Assembly: GCA_963760625.1 (NCBI GenBank) | Contig: CAVXDU010000013.1 | Coordinates: 206,129 to 270,128, forward strand | Direction of reading: 5' to 3' | DNA length: 64,000 nucleotides | Source: an uncultured Chloroflexia bacterium | GTDB lineage: Bacteria > Chloroflexota > Limnocylindria > Limnocylindrales > CSP1-4 | Shown here: one piece after another, positions 10,472 through 20,500 of the stretch | Position numbering within the stretch: position 1 is the stretch's first letter | How the letters are laid out: each line of letters starts with the position of its first letter | Notes under the pieces: model-generated | What the model was told of the DNA's origin: nothing | Database searches by the model: none | Seen by the model: the letters and a program-made list of their open reading frames with translations, nothing else | Translations under genes and position numbers: made by a program

Positions 10472-12047
10472 ATGGCCTGCAGGCAAGTCCAAATCCGGCC
10501 ATCAGGGGCGAGACATCGGGATCACGAACCGAGGTGCTACGCGAGGGTGATGGGGTACCGGACGCCGAACATCGATCGCGGCCACGGGATGCGGTTCACC
10601 GACTCGTACGGCGAGCAGAGCTGGCACGCGGGCCGGTCGTCGTTCATCGACTGGGCCAGAGCGTGTTCCGCACGGGCCTCAGCAAGGTCGGCATGCCCGG
10701 CGCGGACGTCGGCCGCGCAGGCCGAGCAACGAGCGATCGCCGAGCTGCTCGGCAGCCCCTGGGCTACGCGACCGGGCAGTTCGGCAAGAACCACCTCGGC
10801 GACCTGAGACAAGTGACCTGCCGACGGCGCACGGCTTCGACGAGTTCTTCGGCAACCTGTACCACCTCAAGGCCGAGGAGGAGCCGAGAGCCCCAACTGC
10901 CCGCCGGACAAGGACTTCCCGAACGTTCAGCGAGCGCTTCGGCCCGCGAGGCGGCGATCCATTCCGCGGAAGCTGGGCGACCGACACGGACGACCGCACC
11001 GAGCGGCACCACGCTGCGACGCGTGCACGCAGCGCATCGAGCGACACGGGCGACCGACGAAGAAGCGGATGAGACGATGGACGAGATGTTCCGCGTCCGA
11101 ATCACTTCGTCAAGCGCCGGCACGGAGCGGCACACCGTTCTGCGTGCGGGTCAACACGCCAGTACGCACTTCCGAACGCACACCAAGCCCAAGAGCGTCG
11201 GGGCAGGCAGGTCGCTGGCAGTCGCCCTACCACGACGCGATGATCGACTCACGACAAGAACGTCGGGAGGTGCTCGACCTGTATCGACAAGCGGACTCGC
11301 TCGAGGACACGATCGTCATCTCTCGACCGACAACGGGCCGCCACATGAACACGTGGCCCGACGGAGGCGATGCCGTTCCGGAGCAGAAGAACACGAACTG
11401 GTGAGGGCGCTTCCGCGCGTGATCCGCTGGCCGGGCAAGATCGCGGCGGGCGTGGTTCCGGATCTCCACCTGACCTGGTTGCGCGACATTCCGGCGGCCG
11501 CCGGTGAGCCGAACATCGCCGACAGCTGAAGGCCGGTCCAGATCGGCAAGCACCAAGTACAAGGTCATCGACGGCTTCAACCTGCTGCCGTACCTGACCG
11601 GCAAGGCCAAGTATCACCCGCCAGGGGCTCGTCGTACTTCTCGGACGATGGTGACGTGCTGGCGCTGCGCTTCGACAACTGGAAGATCGTGTTCATGGAG
11701 CAGCGCGTCAGGGCACCCTCCAGATCTGGTTCGAGCCGTTCGTGTCGCTGCGGGTCCCGAAGTTCTACGACCTTCGGACCGATCCGTTCGAGCGTGCGGA
11801 CATCACCTCGAACACCTACTGGGACTGGTTCGCCGAGCAACGACTATCTCGATCCTCGATCGGCACGGCGCAGTCGTGTCGTCCAGTTCCTCGAGAGCCT
11901 CTCAAGGAGTTCCCACCGCGCCAGAAGGCGGCGAGCTTCACCACTCGACCAGGTCGTCGCACGATGGAGTCCGCGCTGACGTCAGGCCATGACCCAGGCG
12001 CCCAGGCGTCCGGCACGATGTGCACCGACGGCCGGACGCCGAGCTGA
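10472..12047 (+). pseudogene. Arylsulfatase (formylglycine-dependent, AtsA-like), heavily frameshifted
   Basis: Family segments are scattered over all three plus frames: GYRTPNIDR..GMRFTDSYGEQS; GQSVFRTGLSKVGMPGADVG; PLGYATGQFGKNHLGD; LPTAHGFDEFFGNLYHLKAEEEP; FSERFGPRG; THFRTHTKPKSVG; QAGRWQSPYHDAMID; STDNGP; HMNTWPDGG; EKNTNW; IRWPGKIAAGVV; YFSDDGDVLALRFDNWKIVFMEQR; FEPFVSLRVPKFYDLRTDPFERADITSNTYWDWFAE; KEFPPRQKAASFT. I followed at least 15 frame changes. The ends are approximate. Confidence 0.85.
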
Positions 12048-12086
12048 ACAGGGCGAAACCCGCCGGGACCCGCGCCCACCTGACGC

Positions 12087-12539
12087 TCATTCGCGCGCGA
12101 GCGAGCCAAAGGAACAGCCGCCACCGTCCGCCGACCCGACGACGGCGTCCGCGACGGCACAGCACGATCCGCCTGAGCCGATGACCGTCACGGAGCGAAC
12201 AGGTCTCGAGGTCGAGCCGGGGCGCCAGCCGACACGAGTTGCAGTCGCAGCTGGTGGCGGCATCGATGCTTCGGAGGCGCCGCCGGAAGGCGATGTATGA
12301 CGCCTCGATGGCGTCGAGCAGCAGCGACGGATCGGCGCGTCCGTCCTCCGCGAACAGGAAGCCAGCATCGACCCTCGAACTTGGCCAGCCGGAATGGCGG
12401 CTCGAGTCTTCCGATCGACCGCCTCCAATAGGTCGCCCGCGATGACGGGCGCGTGCTCAAGCTCGCTGCGCGACAGGTAGGCGGTGTATCCGGTCAGGTC
12501 CGCGACGACCAGATGTCCGGTATGGGTTGAGACTGCCAT
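12087..12539 (-). pseudogene. DUF2652-like protein remnant (frameshifted, probably truncated)
   Basis: MAVSTHTGHLVVADLTGYTAYLSRSELEHAPVIAGDLLEAV parallels the paralog at 16453 (CFLIADISGYTGYLADVELDHAQDILADLIGAV). The next conserved piece, FRLAKFEG, is in a different frame (ORF 12188..12460). There is no LDLKFVVHHG-type continuation in any single frame. Confidence 0.65.
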
Positions 12540-12630
12540 GGGCAGACGCTAGACCCTGGAGCCACTCCAATGTCAAGTGGGTTCCTTCCACCCGTTCAGT
12601 CAGGAAGGGGCACAGCCCCGGCAAGATCGG

Positions 12631-13188
12631 TCAGCCAGGCACGGGGACGATGCTCAGCTGGTCGGCGATCGATGTGGCCCAGGACTCGATCTCGCTCCAG
12701 TCTCGGAAGTCGCCCTCGGGCAGTAGGTGACGGCCCGCGGGAATGACCCGCATCAGTCGTTCGGCCGCCCCGAGAGTCCCGGGGTCGATCGCTCCAAAGA
12801 ACACCCGATGCTCGCGCGGCCTGGCCGCGCTCTCCAGGCTCAAGGCATCGCGCAGTTCATCGAGTTCTCTCGCCTCCATGACGTCACGCTCCACTCGCCG
12901 CTCCGGGTCGGTGCCGACAGGGCCGAGTGGTCCGCTGCTGAAGAGCCACGTCGGCCGCCGGCTCAGCGTCGCCGAGTTGGCTCGAACGAAATCGACCGCC
13001 TCCTTGCGCCACTTGCCGAGGTATACGGCACTGCCGATCACGAAGGCATCGAAGCCAAAGATGTCACCTGCCTCCTGGACATCTCGCAGCAGGATCCCAA
13101 ATCCCCGGTCCCTGAGCACGGCAGCGATCCGTTCGGCGATACCGCGCGTGGCTCCATGCTTCGTCGCATATGCGACGAGGACGTCCAT
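12631..13188 (-). CDS. Flavodoxin-domain protein (HemG/flavodoxin-like)
   Basis: MDVLVAYATKHGATRGIAERIAAVL...FDAFVIGSAVYLGKWRKEAVDFV is a typical flavodoxin_5-like N-terminus. The 185-aa ORF is intact. Confidence 0.8.
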   Translation of the reverse strand: MDVLVAYATKHGATRGIAERIAAVLRDRGFGILLRDVQEAGDIFGFDAFVIGSAVYLGKWRKEAVDFVRANSATLSRRPTWLFSSGPLGPVGTDPERRVERDVMEARELDELRDALSLESAARPREHRVFFGAIDPGTLGAAERLMRVIPAGRHLLPEGDFRDWSEIESWATSIADQLSIVPVPG

Positions 13189-13479
13189 GGCCGCACCTCC
13201 CTCGATGGGACACCCCGGCCGACCGCGTTAGGCCGGCATCGACAGCTCACCATCCAGGATGGTCGCGCATCCGTCCGGCCAAACGGGTGTGCCATCAAGA
13301 CCGTGTTGGCGGGCCATTCGGCCGGTCAGCGTCGTGGCCTTTGCGTCGGGATGCGGACGTCAGGCGAGGCGAGAGTGCGGGAGTCGGCCGTGGCCCGTCC
13401 GACGGGCGACCGGACACACAGAAGGGCGGCACTCCCGGGGGAGCACCGCCCTCGCGTTTGGCAGGCTGAGTGGCCCGAG

Positions 13480-13653
13480 CTAGATGCTCTGACCGACGCT
13501 GCTCATGATGGTGTTGATCTGGCCACCCAGGAAGATCACGGCGCCGATGACCACGATCGCGATGAGCGCCAGGATGAGTGCGTACTCGGCGAGACCCTGT
13601 CCCTCCTCGTCTCGGCTGACCGCTGCCGACAGCCAGGTGATGAGAGCTGCCAT
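13480..13653 (-). CDS. flp: Flp/Fap family type IVb pilin (57 aa)
   Basis: It is not in the ORF track because it is shorter than 60 aa. Hand translation gives MAALITWLSAAVSRDEEGQGLAEYALILALIAIVVIGAVIFLGGQINTIMSSVGQSI, carrying the Flp motif G/xxEYxLIxxLIAIV. The ATG at 13653-13651 is preceded by GGAGGTacctaccaac. Confidence 0.85.
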   Translation of the reverse strand: MAALITWLSAAVSRDEEGQGLAEYALILALIAIVVIGAVIFLGGQINTIMSSVGQSI

Positions 13654-13927
13654 GTTGGTAGGTACCTCCAGACCCGATCCGCCACGGGGCGTGGCGCTGA
13701 TCCGGAATCTGGTGAATACGCGTCAGGCCCGATATGGGACCGCGGTACCATCCCCTCCCGTTGCAGGCCGACAACACGGGGGACCTGCGACAGCCGGCCA
13801 GCGTCCACGAACCTCGTAACAGCGCCTGGCAACCCCATCACCCCGCCCCGGGAACCGTCAGGGGGGTCCGGGTCACCTATAGAGCATCAGAGCCTGACAA
13901 GGTCTGCCAGGCCACATCGGTGGCGTC

Positions 13928-14044
13928 ATGCAGCGAGAGCTCGTGGAACGGGCGATCGGGGGCGACCACGACGCGTTCTCGATCCTGGTGGCCTCACGTG
14001 CAGGTGATCCGCCGGCGTCGTCGATCGTCCGCGGACGAAGATAA
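13928..14044 (+). pseudogene. 5' fragment of an ECF sigma factor paralog (38 codons)
   Basis: atgcagcgagagctcgtggaacgggcgatcgggggcgaccacgacgcgttc encodes MQRELVERAIGGDHDAFSILVAS. This matches the N-termini of the sigma genes at 14114 (MQRELVEHARRGDHDAFEAIAS) and 62287 (MQRELVTRAMGGDHEAFASLVS). The reading frame then degenerates and stops at 14042-14044. Confidence 0.6.
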
Positions 14045-14113
14045 GTGGATCCGCGCCCGCGGAACGTCATACCTGGTGAGCGCGGCCGCCGGCCGTCCGA
14101 ACCAGGTGGCTCG

Positions 14114-14672
14114 ATGCAGCGAGAACTCGTCGAGCACGCGAGGCGCGGGGACCATGATGCATTCGAGGCGATCGCCTCGATGGCGTTCGATGGCCTCTAC
14201 GCGCTGGCCCACCGGATCCTGCGGGACATCGACCGGACCGACGATGCCGTCCAGGAGTGCCTCATCCGCGCCTGGAAGGAGCTGCCGCAGCTGCGCGACC
14301 CCGACCGCTTCGATGCCTGGCTGCGGCGCCTGCTCGTGAACGCCTGCTACGACGAAGTCGCGGCGCGTCCGTCGCCGCTCCGGGAGATCCGGATGCTGCC
14401 CCTGGAGCGCCCCGATGGGCGCGACTCCGCAGCCGACCTGGCCGACCGAGACGAGCTCGAGCGCGGGCTTCCTGCGCCTGAGCATCGAGCAACGCGTCGT
14501 GCTCGTGATGACCCACTACCTCGGCATGCGGGCCGCGGAGATCGCCGACACGCTCGGCATCCCCGTCGGCACCGTCCAATCACGGCTTCTGTACGCGACC
14601 AGGGCCATGCGCGCCGTTCTCGAGGCGGATGCGCGTCCGGCCCTGGTCGCAGAAGGAGGGCGGCGGCGATGA
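14114..14672 (+). CDS. ECF (sigma-70 family, group 4) RNA polymerase sigma factor; one frame change near 14465
   Basis: Region 2 (DAVQECLIRAWKELPQLRDPDRFDAWLRRLLVNACYDE) is in the frame starting at 14114. Region 4 (GFLRLSIEQRVVLVMTHYLGMRAAEIADTLGIPVGTVQSRLLYA) is in ORF 14415..14672. They join if one g is removed from gagcgc-ggg-cttcctg. Confidence 0.85.
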
Positions 14673-15612
14673 ACCGACCGTCGGACATCGACGCCCGGCT
14701 TGCTGCCTGGCTCGAGGAAGGACCCACGAGCGGCCCGGATGAGGTGCTGTCGAGGACGTTCGCGCGAGCGCGCTCGACACGCCAGGACCGGGTCTGGCTC
14801 CACCGACCTGACACACCCAACGAGGTTCCAACCGATGAACGTACTGCTCAAGATCGCGGCCGTCGCCGTGATCGCCCTCGCCGTCGGGGTCGTGATCGAC
14901 CCGCTCCGGCCGACCAGCCCGATATGGCGCGACGGAGCCATCGCCCACGCCAAGTCCATCGCCCATCGCACTGCTGCCACTCGTGGACGGCCACCTCGAG
15001 GCCGGGACGACCTACGTCATCGACTACGGTGCGGCCTTCCCGACATTTCCACGCATCGTGTTCACGGCGCCCGCAGCCGGGTGGCTCTCGTACAACGACG
15101 GGAACGTCGGCAAGCCGGATCACAATCCCCTGATGACCCCGTGGGCCGCAACGAACCTGATGAACGACCCCTGTCACTCGATGAGTGGGGGCGAGTTCTA
15201 TCCGCCCGTCGGACCGACCATCGACGATCTGGCATCGGCGCTCGTGCAGCAAGGGGCTGGTACCGCGTCGGCCCCGACCGATGTCACCGTCGGGGGCTAC
15301 GCGGCCAAGCGGCTCGAGCTGTCACTGCCCGCCGGGCTCGATATCGCCACCTGCGAGGGCGAGAATCCCAACTTCGGGAGGTGGGCTGAGTCCTACGTCC
15401 CCGGCCTCGGACACCTGTGGGTCAACGGTCAGCGCAACATCCTGTACATCGTCGACGTGGATGGTTTCCGGACGCTGATCGACACGGTGTATCAGCCGGG
15501 GACGACCGAGGCGGACCTCGCCGAGGCCGAGCAGCTCGTCGCGTCGATGCGCTTCGAGCCGGTCGCGCTCCCCTCAGACAGTCCCACAGGGAGTCCGTCC
15601 CCGGGCAGCTGA
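14669..15612 (+). CDS. Anti-sigma-like single-pass membrane protein with an extracytoplasmic domain; two frame changes (about 14810 and 14900-14940)
   Basis: The ATG overlaps the sigma stop (gATGA). MNRPSDIDARLAAWLEEGPTSGPDEVLSRTFARARSTRQDRVW is followed by the TM segment MNVLLKIAAVAVIALAVGVVI in the frame of ORF 14700. An S/P/T linker (SPTPSPSPIALLPL) and the domain DGHLEAGTTYVIDYG...MRFEPV follow in ORF 14983..15612. Confidence 0.7.
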
Positions 15613-15621
15613 GTCCATCTC

Positions 15622-15646
15622 GGGCGGCGTCCCTCGGGCGCCGCCC
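15622..15646 (+). terminator. GC-rich hairpin after the anti-sigma-like gene (putative terminator)
   Basis: gggcggcg-tccctcggg-cgccgccc forms an 8-bp stem with a 9-nt loop, 10 nt after the stop at 15612. Confidence 0.4.
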
Positions 15647-15852
15647 AGCCCATCCGGGTCATCCCGGGGGAGGGCGAAAGGTACCCGCCCGCGTCTGCAA
15701 CTTCGACCGGCACAGACGCCTCAGACGTGTATGGTGCGGATCTCGCCTGCCCGCATCGATGTGCCCGCCTGCCGCGGGACCAGTAGTCGGCGCTGGACCG
15801 CTTGCGATGTCACCGACGAACACGGACGACGCATAGCGCGACGAGGAGAGGC

Positions 15853-16341
15853 ATGGCGACCACGCAGATGAACCACTACCAGGCGCTGCTGCTCGACCCC
15901 GGCGTGGATCAGGACATCCTGGTGACCGTGTATCGACGGCTCATCCAGCGCCATGGGTCGCCCGCTCCCGGAGACGATGCCGCAGTCAAACGCTTGCAGG
16001 CCATCGAACAGGCGTACACGGTGTTGCGCGACCCATATCGTCGAGCCCGGTACGACGCCGACCTCGCAGCAGGGCGGGCGGGCGAGGCGCAGACGCTTGT
16101 GGTCGACTCGTCGCCCGGTGTTGTGCGGGATGGTACGGGGCGAGCGGTCTTGCCGGTCGCCAAGCACCCCGCGTCCGGGGCAAGGACCGTGCCGGTGAGC
16201 GTCCTGGACTTCGGCCGTTATGCGGGCTGGTCGCTGCGGCGGCTGGCCGCCCACGACCCCAACTACCTGGAATGGCTGCTTCGAGCGCCAGGCGGACGGC
16301 AGTACCACGCCGAGATAACGGCACTCCTCCGACCGCGTTAG
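15853..16341 (+). CDS. J-domain-like protein lacking the HPD motif, with a DUF3820-like C-terminus
   Basis: NHYQALLLDPGVDQDILVTVYRRLIQRHGSPAPGDD...LQAIEQAYTVLRDPYRRARYDADL follows the DnaJ J-domain pattern but has RHGSPA where HPD is expected. The C-terminal LDFGRYAGWSLRRLAAHDPNYLEWLL resembles the FGKYKG...YLxWL module. The start at ATG 15853 (MATTQMNHY) was chosen over the ORF-track start. Confidence 0.6.
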   Translation: MATTQMNHYQALLLDPGVDQDILVTVYRRLIQRHGSPAPGDDAAVKRLQAIEQAYTVLRDPYRRARYDADLAAGRAGEAQTLVVDSSPGVVRDGTGRAVLPVAKHPASGARTVPVSVLDFGRYAGWSLRRLAAHDPNYLEWLLRAPGGRQYHAEITALLRPR

Positions 16342-16452
16342 ACCTTCGGACAAGCATGGTGCGCTGGCCCGGTCCGCCTACGCGGCACCGACCCGCGCCC
16401 ACCAACATGTGCACGCTCGTCGGCATCTGCTGGCCGTATCCTTCCGAACACG

Positions 16453-17632
16453 ATGCTCGCGGCCGCTCAACCCACCTGCTTCCTCATCGCTGACATATCC
16501 GGATACACCGGCTACCTCGCGGACGTCGAACTGGATCACGCGCAGGACATCCTCGCGGACCTCATCGGTGCCGTCGTCACGGCGCTCCGACCCGACTTCC
16601 GGCTGGCCAAGCTGGAGGGCGATGCCGCGTTCATGTACCAGGTGGCCGATCGCATCGATGGCTCCATGCTCCTCGATACCATCGAGCGTTGCTACTTCGG
16701 ATTCCGGCGGCGAAGACGGGACGTGCGCCAGGCGACGTCGTGCGAGTGCAATGCGTGCACGCGGATCCCCGACCTGGACCTCAAGTTCGTCGTGCACCAC
16801 GGCGCAGCCATCCTCCAGAAGGTCGCGGGCCGGCAGGAACTGCTGGGATCAGACGTGATCCTGGTCCATCGACTGCTCAAGAACGATGTCGTGGAGCGAC
16901 TGGGCATCGAGGCCTATGCCCTGTTCACCCAGCGATGTCTCGATGTCGCCGAGATGATCCCATCCGACCTGTCGATGCGCGAGCACACCGAGACGTACGA
17001 CCGGATCGGCGACGTATCCGCGTGGGTCCTGGACCTGGAGCGTCGTTGGCGGGAGGAGGACGCTCGCGGACGGGTCTTCGTATCCGCGGAGGACGCCGTC
17101 CTCACCTTGTCCGTGCCAACGCGCGTGCCTCCCCAGGTGGCTTGGGGGTTCCTGACCAAGCCCGGACAGCGTATGACATGGCAGCCGTGGGTGACGGAGG
17201 TGACGGTCAAGGGCACGAATGGCGGCCGGCGGGGCCCGGGCTCGGCCAACCATTGCATGCATGGCAAGGACGCCGTCGTGGAGGAGGATCCTGGATTGGC
17301 GCCCATATGACTACGTCACCGACCGGACGGTCCTGGATACGCCTGGCGGATCGGTCAAGTCGCTCCACACGCTGGAGCTGGAACCAGTTTCCGACGGCAC
17401 CACGATCCATATCCGGTACGCGGCACCCAGGACCCGGCGGGAGCAGGCCCTGATGAAGGACATCGCCGCGGCGTATGGGGAAGCGCTCCGAGCGAGCATC
17501 CCTTCCCTGATCACCCAGCTGGACGCCGAGCTGGCGGCTCGCGAGGCCGACCGCGGCCCGGAACCCGAATTGGTCGGGCCCAGGCCGGACGGTCCGCTGT
17601 CCGGCGTCCAGCCGCTCGTGATCAGCGGCTGA
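16453..17632 (+). CDS. DUF2652 domain fused to an SRPBCC (START/polyketide-cyclase-like) domain; one frame change near 17285
   Basis: CFLIADISGYTGYLADVELDHAQDILADLI...FRLAKLEGDAAFMY...LDLKFVVHHGAAILQKVAGRQELLGSDVILVHRLLKN is the DUF2652 part. HGKDAVVEE in ORF 16453..17310 continues as ILDWRPYDYVTDRTVLDTPGGSVKSLHTLELEPVSDGTTIHIRY in ORF 17219..17632. Confidence 0.75.
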
Positions 17633-17691
17633 TGGTCGCCTCGGCTATGGTCCTTGGATGACCCTGGAGGGGTCCGGGAAGAGGAGACACC

Positions 17692-20462
17692 ATGACGGCT
17701 GAGTCCACACCTGCGGCCACGTCCGTGCAGCCTGCGCCTGTTGTGCCGTGGTATGCGCTGTCGCCGGACGATGCCGTGAGGCATCTCGAGGTCGACCCGG
17801 CGATCGGCCTGACGTCGGCCGAGGCCGACGCGCGTCGCGCGAAGTACGGCAAGAACACGTTCGACCAGGCCAAGCAGACATCACGCTGGGAGACGTTCAG
17901 CCGCCAGTACGCGGACCCGATGCAGATCGTGCTGCTCATCGCGGGCATCATCTGCCTGTTCCTGCCCGGTCAGTTCTTCACCGGCGTGTTCCTCATCCTG
18001 CTCACGCTGTTCAACGCGTGGATGGCCATGAGCCAGGAGGGTAAGGCGGAAGCGAGCGCCTCCGCCCTCCAGAAGATGATGGTCGTCAAGTCGAAGGCGC
18101 GGCGCGGCGGCGACCTCATCGAGGTCGCCATGGATCAGCTGGTTCCCGGTGACATCGTGAACATCGAGGCCGGCGACCTCGTGCCGGCTGACGCGCGCAT
18201 CCTCACCGCCGCGACGCTTGAGAATCGACGAATCCGCGCTGACCGGCGAGAGCGTTCCCACGCCCAAGCAGGTGGAGGCCGTCGCGGCCGACGCCGCTCT
18301 CGGCGATCGCGTGGATATGGCATTCATGAACTGCCAGGTCACGCGCGGGTCAGCCACCGTCCTGGTGGTGACCACCGGGATGGCGACCGAGGTCGGCCAC
18401 ATCAGCGGAATGCTTCAGGCGACCACGATCGAAAAGACTCCGCTCACCAAGCAGCTGGATGCGCTCACGAACCAGATCCTCGTCATCGCTGGGGTCGCGC
18501 TTGTCGTGTCCATCGGGCTCGGCTTGTACCGCGGAGTCCAGCTCCAGGAGCTATTCCTGAGCGCCGTCGCGTTCGCGGTGGCGGCTATCCCGACGGCGCT
18601 CCCGGCTGTCGTCACGGCCATCTTGTCCAAGGGCTCCCAGATGCTCGCCGAGGCTGGCGCGATCATGAAGCGCCTGCGCTCGGTGGAGACGCTGGGATCC
18701 ACGTCCGCGCTCAACTCCGACAAGACTGGCACCCTGACGTTGAACCAGATGACCGCGGTCCAGATGGCGACCACCAGCGGCCGCTACTCGATCACGGGCG
18801 ATGGGTACTCCACCACCGGCCAGATCAACCACGCTGGCGGCCAGCCCGACGTCCCACTCGAGCAATACCTGCTGCCGATGGCGCTGTGCGCCGACGCGGA
18901 GGTCCGGGACGGCGCCCTCGTCGGTGACCCCACCGAGGGAGCCCTCGTGGTCCTCGCAGCGAAGGGCGGCGTGGACCCCGCGCTCACCCGGGAGCGATAC
19001 CCGAGGGTCGCGACCCTGCCGTTCGACGCCGCCTACAAGATGATGGCCACGTTCCACAGCATGACGGACGCGAGCGGCAAGGATGTCGTGCGCTGCTACG
19101 TCAAGGGGGCGCCGGACCAACTCCTCGCCCGAGCGAAGGACGTGCACGCCCCAGACGGCACGTCGGTGCCGGTCGAACAGGTCCGCGACAACTATCTCGC
19201 CGAGAATGAGCGTCTGGGCCAGCAGGGTCTCCGGGTCATGGCGACCGGCCAGAAGGACTTCGATCCTGCCTCCTTCGACCCCGACGCCGACCTGCTTCCC
19301 TTGCTCGACGGCATGACGCTCTTGGCGATCGTGGGCATCGTGGACCCGCCGCGGCCAGCCGCGAAGGACGCCATCGCCACCGCCAAGGCGGCCGGGATCC
19401 AGGTCCGGATGATCACCGGCGATCACGCGGTCACGGCCGAGGCGATCGCCCACCAGCTGGGCATCGAGGGCCGCGCCGTCACGGGCGCCGAGTTCCGTGC
19501 CATGAGCGACGACGAGGCGATACGCCAGATCGACAGCATCGGGGTCATCGCCCGTGTCTCCCCAGAGGACAAGGTCCACCTCGTGGACATCCTGCGCAAG
19601 AAAGGCCACGTCGTGGCGATGACCGGCGACGGGGTGAACGACGCGCCGGCACTGAAGAAGGCCGACATCGGCATCGCCATGGGTATCACGGGCACGGAGG
19701 TCTCCAAGCAGGCCGCCGTCATCGATCCTCACCGACGACAACTACGCGACCATCGTGAAGGCAGTCGGACTGGGACGGGCCGTCTACGACAACATGCTCA
19801 GGTTCATCCGTTTCCAGATGGCAGGCCTGTTCGGGTATATCGCCACCTTCCTCGGATCTGCCATCCTCAACATCGTCGGTGGTATCCCGTTCCTGCCACT
19901 CCAGACCCTCTGGCTCAACTTCACGGTCAACGTCTTCCAGGGCCTCGGGCTCGGCTACGGGAAGCCGCGGGAAGGCCTCATGGAAGTCGTTCCGCGACCC
20001 AAGTCGCAGCAGATCATGCCCCGGCGCCTCTTCTCCTGGCTCGTGTTCTGCGGGTTGGTCATGGCCGCCGGGACGCTCGGCGTGCTTGCGTGGGGCAGCG
20101 ACCACTACGGGGACGTGGTTGCTCGGACCATGGGCGTCACGACCTTTGCGCTCTTCCGTCTGTTCTCCTCGCTGGAGACCGCGGATGAGAACGAGTCGCT
20201 GTTCAGTGGGTCGATCCTGGGTAATCGGCCGTTGCTCATAGCGACCGGCTTATCGGTGCTGACCATCGTGCTGGCGACCGAGTTCGGCTTCCTGCAGCGA
20301 CTCCTCGGCACTACTGCCCTCACGATCGACCAATGGGTCATCTGTATCGGCGTCTCCCTCTCGCTCATCGTGGTCGAAGAGGTGCGCAAGCTGCTGAAGA
20401 TCCAGACCGGCGATGAGCCGGTCGCGACACCGGCAGGTCCGGTCGCCGCTGCGGCAGCCTGA
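17692..20462 (+). CDS. Cation-transporting P-type ATPase (P2/Ca2+-Mg2+-type); two frame changes (about 18211 and about 19725)
   Basis: The N-terminal cation-ATPase domain is WYALSPDDAVRHLEVDPAIGLTSAEADARRAKYGKN. RIDESALTGESVP, the phosphorylation site SDKTGTLTLN and the hinge MTGDGVNDAPALKKADIGIAMG are in ORF 18218..20188. The C-terminal TM bundle is in ORF 19755..20462. The first junction is restored by deleting one t in acgct-t-gagaatc. Confidence 0.9.
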
Positions 20463-20500
20463 ACTGCCGGCAAGCGCGGCATCGAGGTATCAAGGAGGGG

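Noticed and set aside
12727-14007. Very long ORFs such as 12727..14007(+), 250..1272(+), 44961..46757(+), 21250..22275(-), 18551..19741(-), 36807..37754(-), 38020..38982(-) and 56611..57696(-).
   Set aside because: They are Arg/Pro/Gly/Ser-rich with no motifs. Each overlaps a gene with clear family signatures in another frame or strand. They are the stop-poor shadow frames typical of high-GC DNA.
13480-15612. A Tad/Flp pilus system.
   Set aside because: Only the pilin gene is present. No TadA/B/C/V/Z or RcpA-like genes occur anywhere in the 64 kb, so no system can be claimed from this window.
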